A stretch of 60,650 bases of DNA, the filler included, from Thelocarpon superellum (lineage: Eukaryota), in NCBI GenBank assembly GCA_026025795.1. It is 4 parts of 4 records of this genome, joined end to end, with 100 filler letters (N's around TTAATTAATTAA, not from the genome) between each part and the next. Parts side by side here need not be neighbours in the genome. Positions count along the whole stretch, not along the records: positions 1 to 15,128 come from JAPEUG010000414.1; 3 more parts are not named here. The stretch is one strand, 5' to 3'. A model generated the notes under the pieces. It was not told where the DNA came from, did not search any database, and saw only the letters and a list, made by a program, of their open reading frames with translations. The translations under genes and the position numbers were made by a program. Positions 1 through 12,307 of the stretch are shown here, piece by piece; positions within the stretch are counted from its first letter, which is position 1; every line of letters starts with the position of its first letter.

Positions 1-761
1 GGCAGACAACGAACGGCCCAGACGAGGATCTCGCGTGGGCCCCCACTCGGTCCAGCTCCGAGCGACATATTGCGCACCAGCCGACCCGCCTGAGCGTCGA
101 TGATTCGAATAGTGCTATCCGCACAGCCAGCTATGATCATATGCCGGCCTTGGAACGTGAGGCTAAGGACCCGAGCCTTCTTAGCGGAAGGTCGAGAGAG
201 TGCACGCTTGAATTTGAGATCGTTGTCGGCTGTCGACAGGAGGATGATGGCTCCATCTGCACATCCCACAGCCAGATCCTGGCCTTGGCCCTGGTCCTGT
301 CCCTCCTGGCTCGTAGCCTCAAAGCCGTTGGCCGCGCTCTTCTTCACCAACGGTCCTCGTGGCTGAGCGGCAAGGCACCATATTTCGCCATAATTCCCAC
401 TGGAGTGTCGTAACGGCCGTCCGTGGTCGAGGTCCCATTCGGTCACGTAGGTGGAGTCGCCGATGCTGAAGAGTCGGAGTCGACCAGGAATGACCCGACC
501 ATGTTCGTCGGCTTCGTCCGGATCCTGCACCCAGGCAAGACCTTCGATGCTCCGATCTTTGCCGCCTTTGAAGGTTGTCTCATAGACCCACGTGCCCTGG
601 AGTGGATTCCAGAGCTCGATATCGCCATTGGCTCGACCCACAGCGAGCCGGAGATCCGCCGGAGCCTTATGCTGCGCTTGGGCCGAGGAGGTGTGGGAGA
701 AGGCAAGGGCGTTGATGGGCGAAGGAGGATAAGGCACGAACCGACATCGATGAATCTCCAT
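1..761 (-). CDS. UTP4: U3 snoRNA-associated protein 4 (WD40), 5' part; runs off the window start
   Basis: Hand translation from ATG at 761: MEIHRCRFVPYPPSPINALAFSH...LRLAVGRANGDIELWNP...FKGGKDRSIEGLAW...RLFSIGDSTYVTEWDL, the typical fungal Utp4 N-terminus. Missing from the ORF track because it has no stop in the window. Confidence 0.92.
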   Translation of the reverse strand, partial: MEIHRCRFVPYPPSPINALAFSHTSSAQAQHKAPADLRLAVGRANGDIELWNPLQGTWVYETTFKGGKDRSIEGLAWVQDPDEADEHGRVIPGRLRLFSIGDSTYVTEWDLDHGRPLRHSSGNYGEIWCLAAQPRGPLVKKSAANGFEATSQEGQDQGQGQDLAVGCADGAIILLSTADNDLKFKRALSRPSAKKARVLSLTFQGRHMIIAGCADSTIRIIDAQAGRLVRNMSLGAGPSGGPREILVWAVRCL

Positions 762-1546
762 AATCCTACCACGTCGTTACGGTAGGATGAGCGCCGAAGG
801 CGACAGCACTCTCACGCCGTCCCTGATTGATAGGCGCACGGGCGGAAGAGAGCAGGCATGATTGGTCTTCGGAGGTGCTCTCCCGTCCTCTCGACCATGT
901 TTTATCGTCGACCCGCCTGTCTAGAAATTTGTGGGCCGGATGATCGAAAGGAAAGTTTACGCGAGGCCAAGCTGCCGCGGTCAAAGCAACCGAACAGTCC
1001 CAACCTTCCCGCCATGAAGAGATGACGCACAATCTCGCGATAGTATACTGGACAATGCAATGCCATCTAAATTTGATTCGTCGGCCTCCAGGGGTTCCGG
1101 ATCCTCGATCCGTCCTCTCAAGACTTTGGTGGGGGCTCTGAGATGTATTTGGGCCATTTGCCTGATGAGCTCTGTGCCGCGACTGCCTAGTCGGCGGATA
1201 AAGGTGAGCAAGCAAGGCCACGCGAGACGATGCGATTGTCTCGGTCCTCGTACTTGGATGGATATCCAATCCGTGGCCAGATCTATCAAGGCACTATTAT
1301 ATTATAATTAAGTCCATCTTCTTGGAGCACTCCGTTCCAGGAGCATTTGGTGGTCTTGGAGGTCCTCCAGTATCGCGGAGTGCCCCAAGAGCGCAGGTTT
1401 TCGCTCACTTGTCGTCAGGCTGGACTTCTGTCTCCGCTCTCCGACCTCCGCATTATCGAAGTTTCTCCACTTTTTGTGATCTTCCCATGGACTCGCTCAT
1501 CGGCTGTCTTCATGATCAGAGGAAGAGACGTGGGAGACGCAAATGT

Positions 1547-2543
1547 TCATGCTGCGAGGTCCTTTCGGACGAGAGCGACGGCCTTTTGGGCCAAAAGCTC
1601 GGCGTCTGGAGGAAAGCGGGTGCTCACGTAGTTGTACTTTTCATCCTCTCTAACATATCTTGGGGACTTCAACACAAAAATGATGAAATACATGGTTAGA
1701 ATGATGATCACGTACGGTCCAATCGTGAGAATGCTGAAAATTTGCTCTTCGAGGTCCCTGAGGACCTTCTTGGCCTCGTTTCGGACGTGGTTCTAATTTT
1801 CTCTCCGCTCCTTATGAAGAGTGGGGGAACTCACACTTGTGTCGACGCTGTCTGACTTGGCCCCGTATGTCTTATCGTAGTCCCCAAGCCACAGTCTGGT
1901 CGACCAATGTGCCGTGGCCTCGATGGCGCTGGGCAATGAAGTGGTGGTGAGGTCCCATAACAGGCTTTGGCTGCTGAGAAGCTTGGGCTTCGGCGATGGC
2001 CATGACCCCATAACAGATCGCCGCAACTGCCTTTCGTGATGGCTTACATATCAACGGGAAGTACTCGACAAGGTGGTCATGAATGATCGCAGAGTCAATC
2101 ACTTGCTGGACGCCTTTTTCGTGACCACCAGGGAAGAAGAGCAGATCATATGGCATCAAAGAGAACCCCGGATCTGATCAATACAGCGGTCTCTTCACAT
2201 GCTCCTCTTCTATCATGTAATGATCGTGCCGAATGGCATCGCACGAGGCACCCTGCAATACTATTAGCACCTGTACTGTACAGACAGGGGGAAATGATAG
2301 TCTCCAGTACCACTAGCTTCTGAGTCAAGCCACTGAGCATAAGCTCATCGCATCGCTGGGTCTTTCCCGTCTCGGTCGCAAAGTGCACAGCGAAGCTCTC
2401 CTTCTTGGCGACGGAATATGTTATGGCGGTTTCGATGCTATCAGGTTGGCATCGAAGCGGACTCGGCGGACTCAGATACGGGATGTACCAGTGGGATCAT
2501 GACCATAGTCTGCCATCACGACAAGAACACATGGACTTGCCAT
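1547..2543 (-). CDS. DJ-1/PfpI family (class I glutamine amidotransferase-like) protein, multi-exon
   Basis: Spliced reading MASPCVLVVMADYGHDPT|..HFATETGK..CDELMLSGLTQKL..YDLLFFPGGHEKGVQQVIDS..AVAAICYG..DEKYNYVSTRFPPDAELLAQKAVALV*. Contains the PGGH and AIC motifs and GT-AG introns. Confidence 0.85.
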
Positions 2544-2636
2544 CTTCCATCAGAGTGGTGGTCCTTGGAACTGACAGTGAGATGGACCATGTCGTCGCTG
2601 ATTTCAGTTGGCGATGCCGCGATACTGATCAGGATC

Positions 2637-2676
2637 GGATATTATTATATTGGATTTTATATTGGATATTATATTG
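2637..2676. repeat. Short AT-rich 12-mer tandem repeat (GGATWTTATATT, about 3 copies)
   Basis: ggatattattatattggattttatattggatattatattg, upstream of the DJ-1/PfpI start. Confidence 0.6.
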
Positions 2677-5600
2677 AGTCAAAGTCTGCGTACCTTACTC
2701 TACAATGCAATAGCAGTCTCTACTTTTAAGCTGAGATGAAGCTCATGCGATTGCACACATACATGACTACATAACAGGGACTTCTACAGTCTGCAATTGT
2801 GGTCGTACGCTGGTGGGGCTCGTGATTATATCAGTCGGCGTATACAGTCAGTGTCCGCCAGCGGTTAGCAGTGGACTTACACCCGGTTCTCCCAGCAAGC
2901 TCCCGAATCCAACTCGCTCTCCATACCAGTCATTTTACCAAATGGGCTCTGCGTGATAGACACTCAATGGCGTCCGTAGTCCTTCATTCACTCGTTTCTT
3001 GTCTGAGGGGAGGATAGGCTTGAGTAACACCAAGTCAGCGGTTCAAGAGCAAACAAGCGGCTGGGCCGAGACCAACGCCAGCCGTTTCACAAGCACGGGT
3101 GGGTGGCCTTGTGCTCCGGTGCAATTCCCCATGACAACTCAGAGCCTCGGGACACCGCGCCTCCAACGCGTCTCCAAGCTGATGGCATCACATCTATCGA
3201 GCGGGGCCGCAGTCTGGGGAGCCGCAGGCGGTGGTGCCGAGCCCATGTCCAGGCTCGAAATGGGCACGCACATGTCCCGGCCGGCTGCCCCGCGACAGGT
3301 ACGACGATAAGCACGATTAGGTTCCAAGTGGGGCCATTCATTTCGTCTCACGGCGCCGAGGAGGCATAAGCACCACTGGGAACAACTTAGGAGGCCGCTG
3401 AACCACGGGTCCGCTAAACGTAGGAGGCTTGAACGAGCTCTGAAAGAGCGTTCGATAACCAAGTCACGAACCAGACTCCCGAAGAAATGAAGCGACGCCA
3501 AGTCTCCCGGCGCGTTTGACGCTAATTACAGACATGCGGAAGCGAGATGCTACTCCGACCTGTAGGTACTGGGCTCGTACGTGGACTTGAAGTCGTATTG
3601 AAGCGGCCAGCACCGCGCAAATCAAGTTTCTTCCTTGAAACTTCCATCGGCTAACCAGGGGCCCACAGTGGAGGAGATTCGGGTGGAGCTTGGGCCTCCA
3701 GTGGTGCTCAAAACACGTCCACACCATGACACGCGAGCTCTGAAAATGCTTAGCCCCGTCTTCCCCAGCGAATGGCCGTCCGACCACACTCCTTCCCGCC
3801 ACGGCCTTTCCCTTTCAAGCGCGACTTGGCAGGCATGACGACGGCATTCGCCAAGCTTTCGAACTATATTCCAGCTTGGGAAGCTGTCGATGGCGTGCCA
3901 GTTGTCAAGGCTCCCCACCAATCTGGCTCCTTTTGTGCTGATAGGTCAGGCAAATGCGTAAAGCTGGCACTCGTTGCACGATTTACGTGATATGCGAATC
4001 CCATCCATCCTCCGGACTTCGGGATCAACAGCCAGTCGAGATCGTAATTGTCATGTTTAAGCCTCTGGCGCCGCTTTTGGCCAAGGAAGACCAGCTTCAG
4101 GACTCGCATCAGGAGTATTCCGTAAGTACGAGGAGACATGCCTGGAAGAGGATAACCATTGTGATGGACTCATGCGAGTCGAGCGTGGCAGCGTCGGCTC
4201 CCGCGTCGGCCGCCCCTTGGCTAGACAATGACAGAAGCCACGCCAAGCCCTTGTCCACGGACGACGATCGTATTTACGTGACGCGTGGGGACACGATCAT
4301 GGGCGTTGATCGGCGCTTCCGGCATGATCAAGAACGACCGACGAGTCCTCGTAGGCACTCATGAACGAGCTCTTATGGCACGAGTAGGGTACGTGGTGCA
4401 GAATGAGTGGCACCGAAGAGAGTCGGAGAGGGCGCCAGGATCAGCCTTGTGGAAAGTTATGATCCGGGCTGTAGCCCCTGACCCCGGCAGCGGTAGTCGT
4501 CTTCGACTTGCCCGCACCGACGCGGAAAATTATCCTTTCCGACGAGAAAGCGCTGTTGGAGCGAGCTCGTTTACTCTCGGGACGCGCTAGTGACGCGTCT
4601 CTGGGCCCCGGGCAAGCCACAACCGCCACCTCTGTCGTCTTCATCTCTCCACCTCTCACGTGGAGCTCCGAGACCCTGACGCAATAGCCTTTCATTCCTC
4701 TTGGAGTTCTCCACCGACTTCTCCCCGTGCTCGTGCCAGCGGTCGGCCAGACACGGGGGACTTTTCGTCGCATCGTTGATGTGGCGGGGATCCGACGTGC
4801 TGACGGCACCAACACCTTGCTCCGAAGCTTGGCTCCACCTCCCAACCTTTATTGGTGCTTCAGAAGGATGCCGTCATGGCGTGACCGCCTCGCGTCGTTC
4901 CAATGAGCTGGCCGGTAGTCGGACGGCCTGCATCGAGCGTGGCGAGAGTACCGGAGACGGTGTTGGCGACAAGGGCCAAGCTGGGCAACTGTAGGCCGGA
5001 TCCGCACGCCACGCTCCCGTGCCGCGCAGGAACCGCAGATGGCCCGCGTGGCTACCCAACCTGAGTGGGCGCTCGATCAACTGCCTCCCGCTCCGCCCGC
5101 GGCGCCAGTGGTTACGACAGGCCAGCGTCAGCGCATCCGGTTCGGGTCAGCTATGCTCCGTATGTCGGGGACAAGTAGTGTGATTGTGGCTGCTGAAGAT
5201 CATGGACGGACTCATCGGTTGGGTTCGCTGGCGCCGGGGCGGACGATGTGATCAAGGCTGCATGAGCTAGAGAGCACGGCGCGCGGAGCAGGACGGAGAG
5301 CGCCGAGATATGCGCGTTTGGTCGTGTGGCTGGTGCAAGATCCACTGATGACGAACTCAGAGCAGCTGTGCAGCTGTGCTGGTCGCAGGGCACCATGGCA
5401 GTACTACTTCTCTAGGAGAGTTGGTGCGCTCTTGGGAAAAAGGCGCGCCGTATCGTGAATTAAGGGGAGGGGCCGCCTCCGATTTGCTGCCCCAGTTTCC
5501 ACGCCGCTGCTGCATGCTCGACTGCCTACTTGGTAACTGCATGCGACACGACCGAGATCGTAAATGGATGCTAAGACGCACGTACGATCTCTCTCCCCGC

Positions 5601-8199
5601 GCCCGCCGCTCTCTATTCTTGTGCGTTGCAATCCCGGTCGCTTGCAATGCCGGTTGCGCGCACGGATGTTTGTGGGCTCCTCGAAGATCTAGTCCGGCAA
5701 TTTCATTCGCGTCGCCGCCACCGACACCCCTTCAATTCCGACCCCACAGGCCGCCGACGGCCTCGTCCAGGTATGGGTGCTCGTACTCCTTCGCCGAGAA
5801 GATACTGACTTTTGGCCCGCTCCACGACCGTCTCCACCCTTGGAGCATATCACGTTAATATTATGGCGATCGTAGGCACCCAAGTAGCTTCGTCCCACGC
5901 GAGCCGTGGGTGTGAACCACGCTCGAAGGGACGATTCCCGCGTATCTGCCGGACAGTCATGCTTAACACGACTAAAGCCAATCGTTCCACGTTCCGGGTT
6001 GGGGGCGTTGGCGGTGGCGGCCGTGGTAGAAGTGGTGGAGGTTGGTAGACAACGGTCGCTTCCACGTAGCAGCCGACGAGCCGACCGGATTGGTCCTCCA
6101 GGACGAGGATGTGAAGGTTCAGGCGGAACGATGAAAGTCACTCTGTGCCGAAATTCAGGGAGCCGTGACTTTGCTTCTGACGGATGGCACGGTTCATGAG
6201 GTAATTCAGCGTTTCACTGCATTATGCTCCTCCCACCGCTCGGGCGGCGGATGGATGAAGCGACTGGGATTCATTGGGGCCTCGTCTTTTGCTCCAATGA
6301 TCCGTGGGATTGGTAAACCGCCCTTCGCACCGACACAGTAGGTCGCAGGGTGGCACAAAGTTCATCGTCATCAGACCTGACCGGGCGGGATGCTGCGAGG
6401 GGTAAGTGAGACGCTGCGTGGTGCGAGTCATTACGCTTGACACATGGACATCATGTTACACTCTTAGCTCGTCCGGTGCTTTACCATCTCTGCACATTTG
6501 GCTACGTTGCTGGCCGACGGCGGCCGAGGTTTGGAGCATGGCGTTGCGCTGTAGTGCATGAAGAGCAATGGGTGCACCAGATGATCTTGGGATGAATGCT
6601 CGAGGGGTTGGAGGTCGGATTTGGTCTCGTTCACGTAGGATACGCATCATCTTCGTGAGACAAGGGTTGTCCGGAGCAGCCTGCGTCCAGCACAGACGAC
6701 CGAGTGTGTGGGTGCCGTGCAGCACGTCCCAGGGCGGTGGAACTGAGCTGTTAGAGGTCCGGTGGCGGGACAAACTGCTCAGGGTCTCCGCATGAATATT
6801 GCAGCACTGACAGGGTCGGGATCAGGGTAGTCGAGACACCTCCCCAGTCTGTCGAACGAGGTGCACACAAATCGACGGGCAGCGGTTGGATTCTGGGACC
6901 AGACCGAGACGCTGTGGCTGTACTATCGAGTACGACCGCCGCACGAAGGATCTAGGAGACGCGGTACTTTTCCGGTCGCCCAGCGCGAGACGAAGCGACG
7001 AGTACTTGGCCGTTCCGCCGTGTCTGCCGGACGAGCGCGCGCAGCCAACCGCGATTCCGAGTCCGATCGTCTGCAACTCGCCCATTCGCTCGCCCACGCA
7101 CAGCGTCATGCCGCACGCGAGCCCTTGACTTTTTGTTGCGAGATGCTCACGAGCATTACCTCTCTCGCTCGCCCGCGTCCACGCCAAGCGGACCACGCGG
7201 GTCTCGCCTATGGGCGAGATCGACGTGGACCCGTTCAATATCATCCTTGGTGGGCTTATACCAGGACTGGACCTTACCCGAGTTTACTTCGAGACGGTTG
7301 GTGCAAGTCTGAGAGATGGAATGAGAGCAGGGCTGAACAGACAGGGAGGGCCAACAAGTCCAGATTACGGTGGGGGAGTGGAGGGTCATGTCGTGTCAAG
7401 GCGACAAGCGCCACCCATCTCGTTCCACGGATGTCACCGGTACTATTCGAACGTCTAGCAAATGTCAACACCAATGAACGGATTCTCCTCAGGTGGCGGC
7501 ATGGTTCGTGTGCCTCTGTAAGAATGTGGAATGATATAGCTCTCGCGGGGGGATCCATGCACCGACGGGCCAATGTCACGTCGGGGGTCGGGCCCGCCGG
7601 TGCCTGAGTAGATTGGGACGAGGCAGCTAAAGTGAAAGAAGCAAGCAGTCATCCAGGCGGGAACCGCGAGGGAGCGAGCGAGCAGCAGGGAAGCGTAGGC
7701 TCTAAAGCAACGCGACGCATAGGTGGACGAGTAGACGAATAGGATGGAGCTCGCCTTTACCCTGCTGGGCGGCGTGAGCGGGACCTCGTCCGGGCGCGGG
7801 CGGACGGTGCGTGTTCCAACAGCACGTCTGATCCAGTCGCTGTCGCGCCGCGGCCGATGCCCGCTGCACCTTGAGATTAGTGTGCTGAGTGCTGGGTGCT
7901 GGCGACGGACCACGGAAGCTGGGTGGTGGTGCGTTGCGGCAGAGTCGCGGCGTAGCGGCCTTGCGGTTGGCTGAGGCTGGATGAGGGCTGGCAGCAAGCC
8001 TGGGGCTGCGCGGCGGAGGTGCTACTACTGCTGCTCGTCACTACCTCTTTCACTTTCGCTTTCGCCCTCGCCCTGGCTGGTCGCGCGCTGGCTGCAGGAC
8101 CTGGGTCGGCTGGCGAGGCCCGCTTGCATCTTAGCGCGTCAAGCCGTACGAGCACCCCTCAGAGCCAGCAGGACACCAGCGCACCAGAGGTCGAATGAT

Positions 8200-10225
8200 T
8201 CTCGAAAGTATCGAAAGCTGCGTCTCCGTACCGAGAAGCTCCTCCCATTGGCCATCTCGTCTCGTACCCAGGCAGGATCCATCGATCCAGCCTTGTCCAA
8301 CCATCCCCGTCCGACCTCACCTTTCCCTTTCACCCTCCGTCTCTCCTTCCCATCTTTCCTTCTCCTCCCGCCTCCCCTTCCTCCCCCTCTCCCACCTTTC
8401 CGACCGCTCATCGTCTCCGGCCCAGCGTCAGGAGTCGTGAGCTTGGGGCCGTCGCCGTCCGTTGAGGTCTCCGGGAACTGTGCTGAGTGCGGAGCGAATC
8501 ATCCTCTGCATTTTCGCTCGCCCCGTACCTTCTGACTCCCCCTCTCCCTTTTCTTTTCCGCGTCGGCCTCCACCGTCCGTCGACCTCACACGGACGAGAC
8601 TGTGGTTACGACTCCACTTTCTTTTCCTCCATCTCTCCTCTCACCTACGGCCTCCTCCGGTCCTCCCCTCGCCAACAATTGACCCGACCTCGTCCATTGC
8701 TGTCACTTCACCGTTGTCGACTATAGACCCGATCGACCCTGGCAGGACCGTCCCTCGGCGATCTTTGTGGTCTCCAGCGAAGCTTAGCGGTCGATTTCGA
8801 TCAATTGTGTGCCGTTCTATCTTGAGCATTGTGAGTAGATCTTTTGTTGCTTCGGTTACTTGATCATGCGGAAAGTGGGAGCTTCCGCCGTCAATGCACC
8901 CTTCCTTGCCCGTGATCCCAATCCCACCAACCTCGGCCGATGCAGCCCTGCATTTTCGAGTGGGTCGTCGAGTCCAAGATTTGCACGTCGCCCGGTACAG
9001 GTCGGAAGTGACCAGCCGGCGATTGGTCCCGAGGTCGTACCATATCGCTCGTCGGCAACCGCCCTTGGATATCTCTCTCCCTCATGCCCTCATGGTGTCT
9101 GTCATTTCTCGCCCGTTGCAGTCGATAGACTATGGTAACCTGATGCTGACATGAATGGTCTCGGTTGACAGGAATTTCGATTTGGTTCATTCCTTGTGAC
9201 CGAGATACCTCGTGCCAGATCATTTGGGCCGGCGACTTAGGTCTCGTCTCCCTCTTGAAGTTTAGTCCCTCGCCACCTTACCGGTGCCGCCCAATATCGA
9301 AAATTCCCCGTGGCTCAAGGGATTCCAGTTGGCCCAGTGAGTACCGACCAAGTACCGTAAGGTCTCGTTCTAGCACGATTCGCTGACAGGTCTCCTTGCT
9401 TCAGCCGTCGCACTTACCTGCGGTCGGCGTCAACGTCGCATTCTCCGCGATCTAGTCGACCCACCAAGCTAGTCATCTTCGGCACCGACCATCCATTGTG
9501 GAGACGTTAGCTCGTGCTTCACCTTGATCTGGTCTGGCTCAAGATCCGACACATCATTCTCCTCCTCAGAGCCACTGTCGCTCGTCGAGTAATCCTGCCC
9601 TGCGACCGTCACGTCCGTCATCGTACGTCGATGCTGCATACCCGCCTACCTCGCTCGAATTTCTACGGCAAGGGTGTGCTCGGTCCCATTGGGCCAAGGC
9701 CAAGAGCCGTGGGCGCCGACGTGCTACTTTCGTCACCCATCATAATCTAATCTATCACGGTATGTAGATCCGGTGGGAATCCTGATGCACCCTTCCTCAT
9801 TGCTCTTCGGTTCGATCCCGACCGGGGTTGGGTGTGAAGAGGCCGCTCATGGTCATTGAATGTGTTGCTTGAAGCTGACATGCATCGACTGACTCTTAGA
9901 TCCCGTCTGCGATCCTTCGATAAGGGATCGTGTAGGCCAACTCAGTGATCGTGGTCACTGTTTTACGTGGTCTTGCGCCGCCTCCGCGACCGAGCCACAG
10001 TCCACTCTTTCCCGGTAGCACGACTGCCATCGCCGCTCTTTTCGAATAATCATCTCGAATATCCTATCGGATCGCTTTTACAAGCTCCGATCTCAACACT
10101 CACTAATTTCATAGTCCTCGTGTCTCTCTCTCGCACTTTTACCCAAACGGCCCGGAATCCGGACCGTTCACCACTCACGAGCTTACTCAACACACCATCT
10201 CCCCTCACCGCTCCCCACCTACGCT
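8200..10225 (+). promoter_or_regulatory. Pyrimidine-rich TSS region and long spliced 5' leader of the G1 cyclin (putative introns 8831-9171, 9337/9357-9404, 9760-9899; uORF 9631-9750)
   Basis: CT-rich tracts at 8320-8670. GTGAGT/GTATGT donors, GCTGAC branch sites and YAG acceptors. Except for 9631, ATGs occur only inside the putative introns. Confidence 0.6.
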
Positions 10226-11491
10226 ATGGCTTGTCGACAGTCCAATCGTCCAAGCTACCCATCGTGTGACACTTTCTTCGTGGAATCCTGCACGGACGAC
10301 GTGTTCGCGCCACAAATGGAGCCCCGCGAGCGTGCCCGGCTGATTGCACGGGAACGGCAACTGGGCATCGCGGAAGAGTTGTCGCGATTGACGTGCGAAG
10401 AATACCAGGCCGATGTTTTACGACACATGGAGCACATGGAGGTGGGTTCTGCTACCCTTACTACTCTCGAGGAGCATGTTGCTGATGGTGTGGTGCAGGC
10501 GGACACATTACCCGACGTGGCGTCGATCGATATCCAAACAGAAATCCAATGGTTCATGCGGCCATATCTCTTGGACTTTCTTGTCGAAGCCCACGCCGCC
10601 TTCCAACTTCTCCCTGAGACCCTCTTCCTCGCTGTCAACCTCCTCGACCGATACTGTTCCAAACGGGTGGTGTACAAGCGACACTATCAACTGGTCGGGT
10701 GTGCGTCGCTGCTGATTGCGGCCAAGTACGGCGACCGCAAGGAACGGGTGCCGACGATCCGGGAGCTCAAGTCGATGTGCTGCTCGCTCTATGACGACGA
10801 CATGTTCACCCAGATGGAGTGGCACGTACTCCAGACGCTGGACTGGCTCATCGGTCACCCGACCGTGGATGCCTTCCTCCAGATCGCGCTGTCAGACGTA
10901 TCATACGACAAGGAACTGGAACACATGTCGTGGTATCTGTGCGAGATCGCCATGTTCCACAAGGAATTCGTGTCAACACGGCCATCGGTAATGGCACGGT
11001 CGGCGCTCGCGCTCGCGCGGTGCATCTTGGGCCGTAGCCAAGCGCCACAGGCGGAATGGGCAGCACAGTACGACTCCTTCACCATGGTCGGGCTCTCGCA
11101 GCAACTGCACCGACCATCGCAGGTGCTGTCGAAGAAATACGCATCGTCACACTTTTCATCGGTGGCGGTCACCATGGAGACCTTCCTCGCGAGACAAGCC
11201 TCCATCGCCCGCAGCTACGCACCACCCACGCCACCTTGCGAGGTCAATATCTCGACAGAAGGCAAGCCGTTTCCTGGCGAAAGCGGCCCGCACACGCCGT
11301 GCAAGGGACCGCTCTCGTCGATGGTACACGGCGTGCTCACCCCACCCATCACCCCAGATCACGAGTATTTCGGCGCTGGCGTCCACGCGAAGCATCTCGG
11401 GATGGGTCGACCTCCTTGCCCAATCACACCGTCGGTACAAGACTTTCCGCCCACCTTTGAGTCGGATCTCCAACCCTACCACGCGCAGTGA
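10226..11491 (+). CDS. G1/S-specific cyclin (CLN/CCN1/Puc1-like) with in-frame 57-nt intron 10442-10498
   Basis: Cyclin box QTEIQWFMRPYLLDFLVEAH..ETLFLAVNLLDRYCSKR..YQLVGCASLLIAAKY..QMEWHVLQTLDW, followed by a PEST-like TP/SP-rich tail. Intron reads GTGGGT..GCTGAT..CAG. Confidence 0.93.
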   Translation: MACRQSNRPSYPSCDTFFVESCTDDVFAPQMEPRERARLIARERQLGIAEELSRLTCEEYQADVLRHMEHMEVGSATLTTLEEHVADGVVQADTLPDVASIDIQTEIQWFMRPYLLDFLVEAHAAFQLLPETLFLAVNLLDRYCSKRVVYKRHYQLVGCASLLIAAKYGDRKERVPTIRELKSMCCSLYDDDMFTQMEWHVLQTLDWLIGHPTVDAFLQIALSDVSYDKELEHMSWYLCEIAMFHKEFVSTRPSVMARSALALARCILGRSQAPQAEWAAQYDSFTMVGLSQQLHRPSQVLSKKYASSHFSSVAVTMETFLARQASIARSYAPPTPPCEVNISTEGKPFPGESGPHTPCKGPLSSMVHGVLTPPITPDHEYFGAGVHAKHLGMGRPPCPITPSVQDFPPTFESDLQPYHAQ

Positions 11492-12307
11492 GCGGGGTAG
11501 GTTGTCGTGTGGGCCGTTTCCTGTACACTTGAGTAGATCGATCCCTTTCCTCTTGCGACGGAGACAATGTCTACCGTATACCCCCTCCAGGTTGATTTGT
11601 GGCGGGGAAAAGAGCTACGCCTCAAGATTGTCGGGCCGATAGGTGGCAACAAATCCGGGAAGATATTTTGCTCGCATGTGTGTATTTTATTAGAGCAGCC
11701 TTAGTTCATACAAAACCGGTCGGCAGCGCAAGCGCGAGCAAAGTACAATTACACCTGCCGGTTTCACGGAAAGCGATGGCTAGTAATTATTCTGGTGGTG
11801 ACATTGGTGTGATATACGACCGGTGACATGGGCAGATCAGGGAAAGCCGCGGTCAGTTGGAGGAAGGTGAAAAAGAGCGAAGACATGTTCGTCCGAGGGA
11901 CACGAAGATCATGTCATGACGACAGGACGAGGCAGGATGGAAAGAAGATTCGTGACGACCACTTGATCCAAATCCACGGACTTCATTCGCTTCATCCTAT
12001 CCATCCAGTTATCCATCCAGTTTGTCACGTCATCTCATTGCATGTCTCACGCTCGGTCCGTCATTCGGTCCTGCTCCGTCCCACCCAGGCCCGACCCAAC
12101 TTGACCCGACCCGATTCAAGTGGGCTTGGCCTCAATCCAACTGGGTAAAGCAAGATGGCGCAAGCAATCCCGAGAGGATGAGCAAACAGAGAGGGGTGGG
12201 AAAAAGATCTCGCAGAATGAAAGCAGGTAAGCAGGCAGGCAGGTCCGCAAGTAAGCAAGCGGGTGGAAGACCGACGCACTCGCTCGTTCACCCACTCACT
12301 CACCCGC

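Noticed and set aside
1161..1215. Hammerhead ribozyme or U3 snoRNA from CTGATGAG..GAGC
   Set aside because: No GAAA core after the putative stem II, and no U3 box A or terminal box D.
7210..7458. 82-aa ORF MGEIDVDPFNIILGG..
   Set aside because: No recognisable family, splice context or codon-bias support.
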